The position numbers and the translations under genes are program-made. The notes under the pieces were generated by a model. The model was not told the origin of the DNA, made no database searches, and worked only from the letters and a program-made list of their open reading frames with translations. From positions 192,001-256,000 of the forward strand of contig JBCBUK010000001.1 in the NCBI GenBank assembly GCA_039818205.1: a DNA stretch of 64,000 nt. The letters run 5' to 3'. Origin of the DNA: Verrucomicrobiota bacterium. Its GTDB lineage: Bacteria; Verrucomicrobiota; Verrucomicrobiia; Opitutales; Cerasicoccaceae. Of this stretch, positions 61,055 through 64,000 are shown in pieces (the stretch's first letter is position 1; the number at the start of each line of letters is the position of its first letter).

Positions 61055-62634
61055 AACGATAGTTCCTTTTGATTCGAGCAACCGGTCATTGCTGGATCTT
61101 TTTTGATGGATGCAGCCCGTGATTGGATTGCATCGAGTTCGTCTTCGGGTTTTCGATCGAGATTACGAAGCTGGAGGCTCATTCGTCGATTAGATTTAAG
61201 GCTATCTCGATGACGGGCGAGATAATCCCAATATAGAGTCGTGAAAGGACAAGCATCATCGCCCGTCGCCTTCTTGGGGTTAAAACGGCAGTTTCGGCAA
61301 TAGTTGCTCATGCGATCAATGTAACTACCCGAAGCAACGTATGGCTTAGATGCCATCACACCACCGTCGCCATACTGAGACATACCCAAGGTATTTGGCA
61401 ACTCGACCCATTCAACCGCATCGACGTAAACCGCCAGATACCACGCATGAACCTCTTGTGGCCTTACGCCAAGCAGCAGACTATATAGCCCGGTAACCAT
61501 CAGCCGCTGGATGTGGTGAGCGTAGCCATGCTCAAGCGTCTGATTGATTGCGTTTTTGAGGCACTGCATGTCGGTTTCGCCCGTCCAATAAAAGTCAGGC
61601 AACGACTCCTCGGCTTCCATCCCATTGCGCTCCAGGTAGTCTGGCATGAATCTCCAGTAGACGCCGCGCACGTATTCCCGCCAACCAAGAATTTGCCGAA
61701 TAAATCCCTCGACTGCCGCCAATGGAGCCTGTTGCGATTGATACGCATCTTCCGCCTTTTGAATGACTTCTCGCGGATCCAGCAACTTCAGATTCAGGCA
61801 GGAAGAAACAAGCGAATGGAAAAGAAAGGGTTCCTTCGTCCACATAGCATCCTGATAGTCACCAAAGTTCGGCAGACGCCTTTGAATGAAATCGTCAAGC
61901 ACCTGCAGAGCTTGCTTGCGAGATACTGCCCAGCGAAAAGTCTCCACACTCCCCGGGTGATCACGAAATCGCTCCTTCACCAGATCGATGACTTGGCTTG
62001 TCGTATCGTCCGGCGAGAATGTCAGAGGCTCGGCATTGAGCTCGGGACCATTACTGCCAAAACTCTTGCGATTGCTCGCATCGAAATTCCACTCGCCGCC
62101 TTCGGGTTTATCCTGATCCATAAGAACATCGTGGCGCTTGCGCATCTCCCGGTAGAAGAATTCCATGCGCAGTTGTTTGCGACCTTCGGCGTGGGCAGAG
62201 AAATCGTCGAGTGAACACATGAAGTGCCGGTCTGGTCGAATCTCGAGTCCTACCCCTAACCGCTCGATGGTTTGACTCAAGCCGTCTTGCAAGCGGTACT
62301 CGCCCGGCTGAACCAAAATAACCTTGGTCAGCTTAAGCTTCTGCAAGTCTTTTGCCAACTGCTCCGCTAAGGAAGTCGGCTTCGAATTCTTAGTCAGCCT
62401 CGTATAGTAAACCGTCTTACCTTCCGCAAGACGCTCATCCCGAAAGTGGCGCATCGCTGCCAAGAAGATCACAATGCGTTGCTTTGCTGACCAAACGTAG
62501 GTCGATTCATCGACCACCTCAGCCATCCAGATGGCGTCTTGTGAAACATCAAAACCATCAAACGCTGATGAGTCTGCGTTCAGCTGATCACCCAAGACCA
62601 AAATCAAGTGACGAATGCCCTTAGGCTTAGCCAT
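61051..62634 (-). CDS. FeS-BCP cryptochrome/(6-4) photolyase (PhrB/CryB-like)
   Basis: LVLGDQL, MEFFYREMR, GGEWNFD, YAHHIQRLM. Four Cys: MQCL, YCRNC, ACPF. Confidence 0.93.
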   Translation of the reverse strand: MAKPKGIRHLILVLGDQLNADSSAFDGFDVSQDAIWMAEVVDESTYVWSAKQRIVIFLAAMRHFRDERLAEGKTVYYTRLTKNSKPTSLAEQLAKDLQKLKLTKVILVQPGEYRLQDGLSQTIERLGVGLEIRPDRHFMCSLDDFSAHAEGRKQLRMEFFYREMRKRHDVLMDQDKPEGGEWNFDASNRKSFGSNGPELNAEPLTFSPDDTTSQVIDLVKERFRDHPGSVETFRWAVSRKQALQVLDDFIQRRLPNFGDYQDAMWTKEPFLFHSLVSSCLNLKLLDPREVIQKAEDAYQSQQAPLAAVEGFIRQILGWREYVRGVYWRFMPDYLERNGMEAEESLPDFYWTGETDMQCLKNAINQTLEHGYAHHIQRLMVTGLYSLLLGVRPQEVHAWYLAVYVDAVEWVELPNTLGMSQYGDGGVMASKPYVASGSYIDRMSNYCRNCRFNPKKATGDDACPFTTLYWDYLARHRDSLKSNRRMSLQLRNLDRKPEDELDAIQSRAASIKKDPAMTGCSNQKELSL

Positions 62635-62784
62635 CGCCAATGCCTTTCACGTTCGCTAGATCCTTGTAAGCACGATAACATTCATGATTTGTCTGCCGTA
62701 TCCGATGAAGGCCGTTCATTGGAAAAACTAAACGGAACTATGCGATTAACTCAACCGGCGCCGGCACATATTTCCGGTGATAAG

Positions 62785-64000
62785 CTAAGCGCGCATTGCT
62801 TTTAGTTTCTCATAGGCAAAGAGTGCGCGGGCGCGGCCTTCTTTGTGGTCAACAATCGGATCTGGGTAGTCCTTATCGCGCACCTTCCACGGTTCGTGAA
62901 TTACTTCAGTGGATAGATGGGCAATCTCGGGAATCCAATGCCGAACATAATCTCCATCGGGGTCGAACTTCTTACCCTGCAAGATTGGATTGAACACGCG
63001 GAAGTACGGAGAGGCATCCGCACCACATCCGGCAGTCCACTGCCACCCTTGGGTATTACTTGCTAGGTCAGCATCAACCAAGGTATCCCAAAACCATCGG
63101 GCTCCTTCTCGCCAGTGAATCTGAAGGTGTTTTACCAGGAGCGAAGCGACCACCATTCGCACACGATTATGCATCCAACCGGTTGCCCAAAGCTCTCGCA
63201 TACCCGCATCCACGATCGGGTACCCGGTCGCACCTTTTTGCCAGGCACCCAGGAATTCCTCATTTAACGTCCAAGGGAAATGAGCGAACTCCTCCCTCAA
63301 CGGCTCGTCCGGTAAGTGTGGAAAATGATAGAGCAAATGATAAGAGAACTCTCTCCAACCGATCTCTGCTAGATATTTTCGCGCACTTTTTTGGTTGGTT
63401 GTGCCATGTCGCTCGAAAGCCGCGAACACCTCTCGGGGACCAATCTGTCCCCAATGGAGAAATGGAGAAAGCTTCGAAGTACCGTTGCAATCCGGACGGT
63501 CTCGCATTGTCGCATAGTCAGCCGCACCCACTGACGCAAACACCTCGAGGCGTTCGCGCACTGATTTCGCGGTCGGTTCCCAAAATTCATAGAAACCATG
63601 ATCCCAATTAATAGTCGGCAAAAGATTCAGCTCACCAATCGCGAGCGAACGAATCCCGTGGTCGAATCCACGAGCCTCTTTGATATCTACCGTTACGGGT
63701 TCCGGTCTAAGCTGAAACAAGCAATGCTTCCAATAGGGCGTGAACACTTGAAAGGGTTTGCCGGCTTTGTTTTTTATCTCCCATGGCTCAAACAACAGCG
63801 CAGCGTTAAAGCTCTGAACGTCGCAGCCATCAGCACTGAGAGCGGTTTTGATTTTCTGATCGCGCTGGATTACCTGTGGCTCGTATCGACGATTCCAATA
63901 AACCGCGCCACCTCCCGTATCGGCAAGAACGGCTTTCAGGACTTCGTGCGAAGGCCCCTTATGGATGACCAGCTTTAGGCCGATTGCTTCAAGCTCATTC
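62785..64000 (-). CDS. CPD DNA photolyase (5' end outside the window)
   Basis: VYWNRRYEP, FQVFTPYW, TSKLSPFLHWG, GWMHNRVRM, LVDADLASN, RVFNP. Frame is open to the window edge. Confidence 0.95.
   Translation of the reverse strand, partial: NELEAIGLKLVIHKGPSHEVLKAVLADTGGGAVYWNRRYEPQVIQRDQKIKTALSADGCDVQSFNAALLFEPWEIKNKAGKPFQVFTPYWKHCLFQLRPEPVTVDIKEARGFDHGIRSLAIGELNLLPTINWDHGFYEFWEPTAKSVRERLEVFASVGAADYATMRDRPDCNGTSKLSPFLHWGQIGPREVFAAFERHGTTNQKSARKYLAEIGWREFSYHLLYHFPHLPDEPLREEFAHFPWTLNEEFLGAWQKGATGYPIVDAGMRELWATGWMHNRVRMVVASLLVKHLQIHWREGARWFWDTLVDADLASNTQGWQWTAGCGADASPYFRVFNPILQGKKFDPDGDYVRHWIPEIAHLSTEVIHEPWKVRDKDYPDPIVDHKEGRARALFAYEKLKAMRA

Noticed and set aside
63796..64000. Apparent 5' truncation of the CPD photolyase
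   Set aside because: The frame stays open with photolyase motifs up to the window edge; it is not a pseudogene.

Overview
A mostly chromosomal-backbone window of roughly mid-50s % GC. It probably comes from a Verrucomicrobiota genome (Opitutia/Puniceicoccales-like). That call is inferred from the PEP-CTERM proteins, an H-X9-DG prepilin-like protein, the dnaK-groES-groEL order and an OmcB-like DUF11 lipoprotein. Housekeeping genes include fbaB, glk, uvrB, gap, glgB, dnaK, groES, groEL, priA, gpmA and tRNA-Asn, plus a DevBCA-type exporter and a two-photolyase cluster. Two accessory blocks stand out. (1) At 1-6.5 kb, beyond the tRNA-Asn 3' end, are a LytS/LytTR pair, an FG-GAP PEP-CTERM protein, a decayed integron-integrase-like fragment and a mosaic surface protein. 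(2) At 10.6-19.3 kb, between fbaB and glk, is a 2140-aa secreted GH81-like glucanase. It is split by about 590 aa of phage-structural-protein-like repeats, has an altered catalytic motif, and is bracketed by two paralogous PEP-CTERM genes, one of them enclosed in perfect inverted repeats. Regulatory patterns read from the DNA include many TTGnnn-N16/17-(-10)-N6/8-start promoters suggesting widespread leaderless transcripts, a shared AC-rich leader on glycolytic genes, and a sigma54-type promoter with upstream TGTCAC repeats before dnaK. No CRISPR array, rRNA or intact mobile element was seen. All family assignments come from motif recognition; no database search was run.
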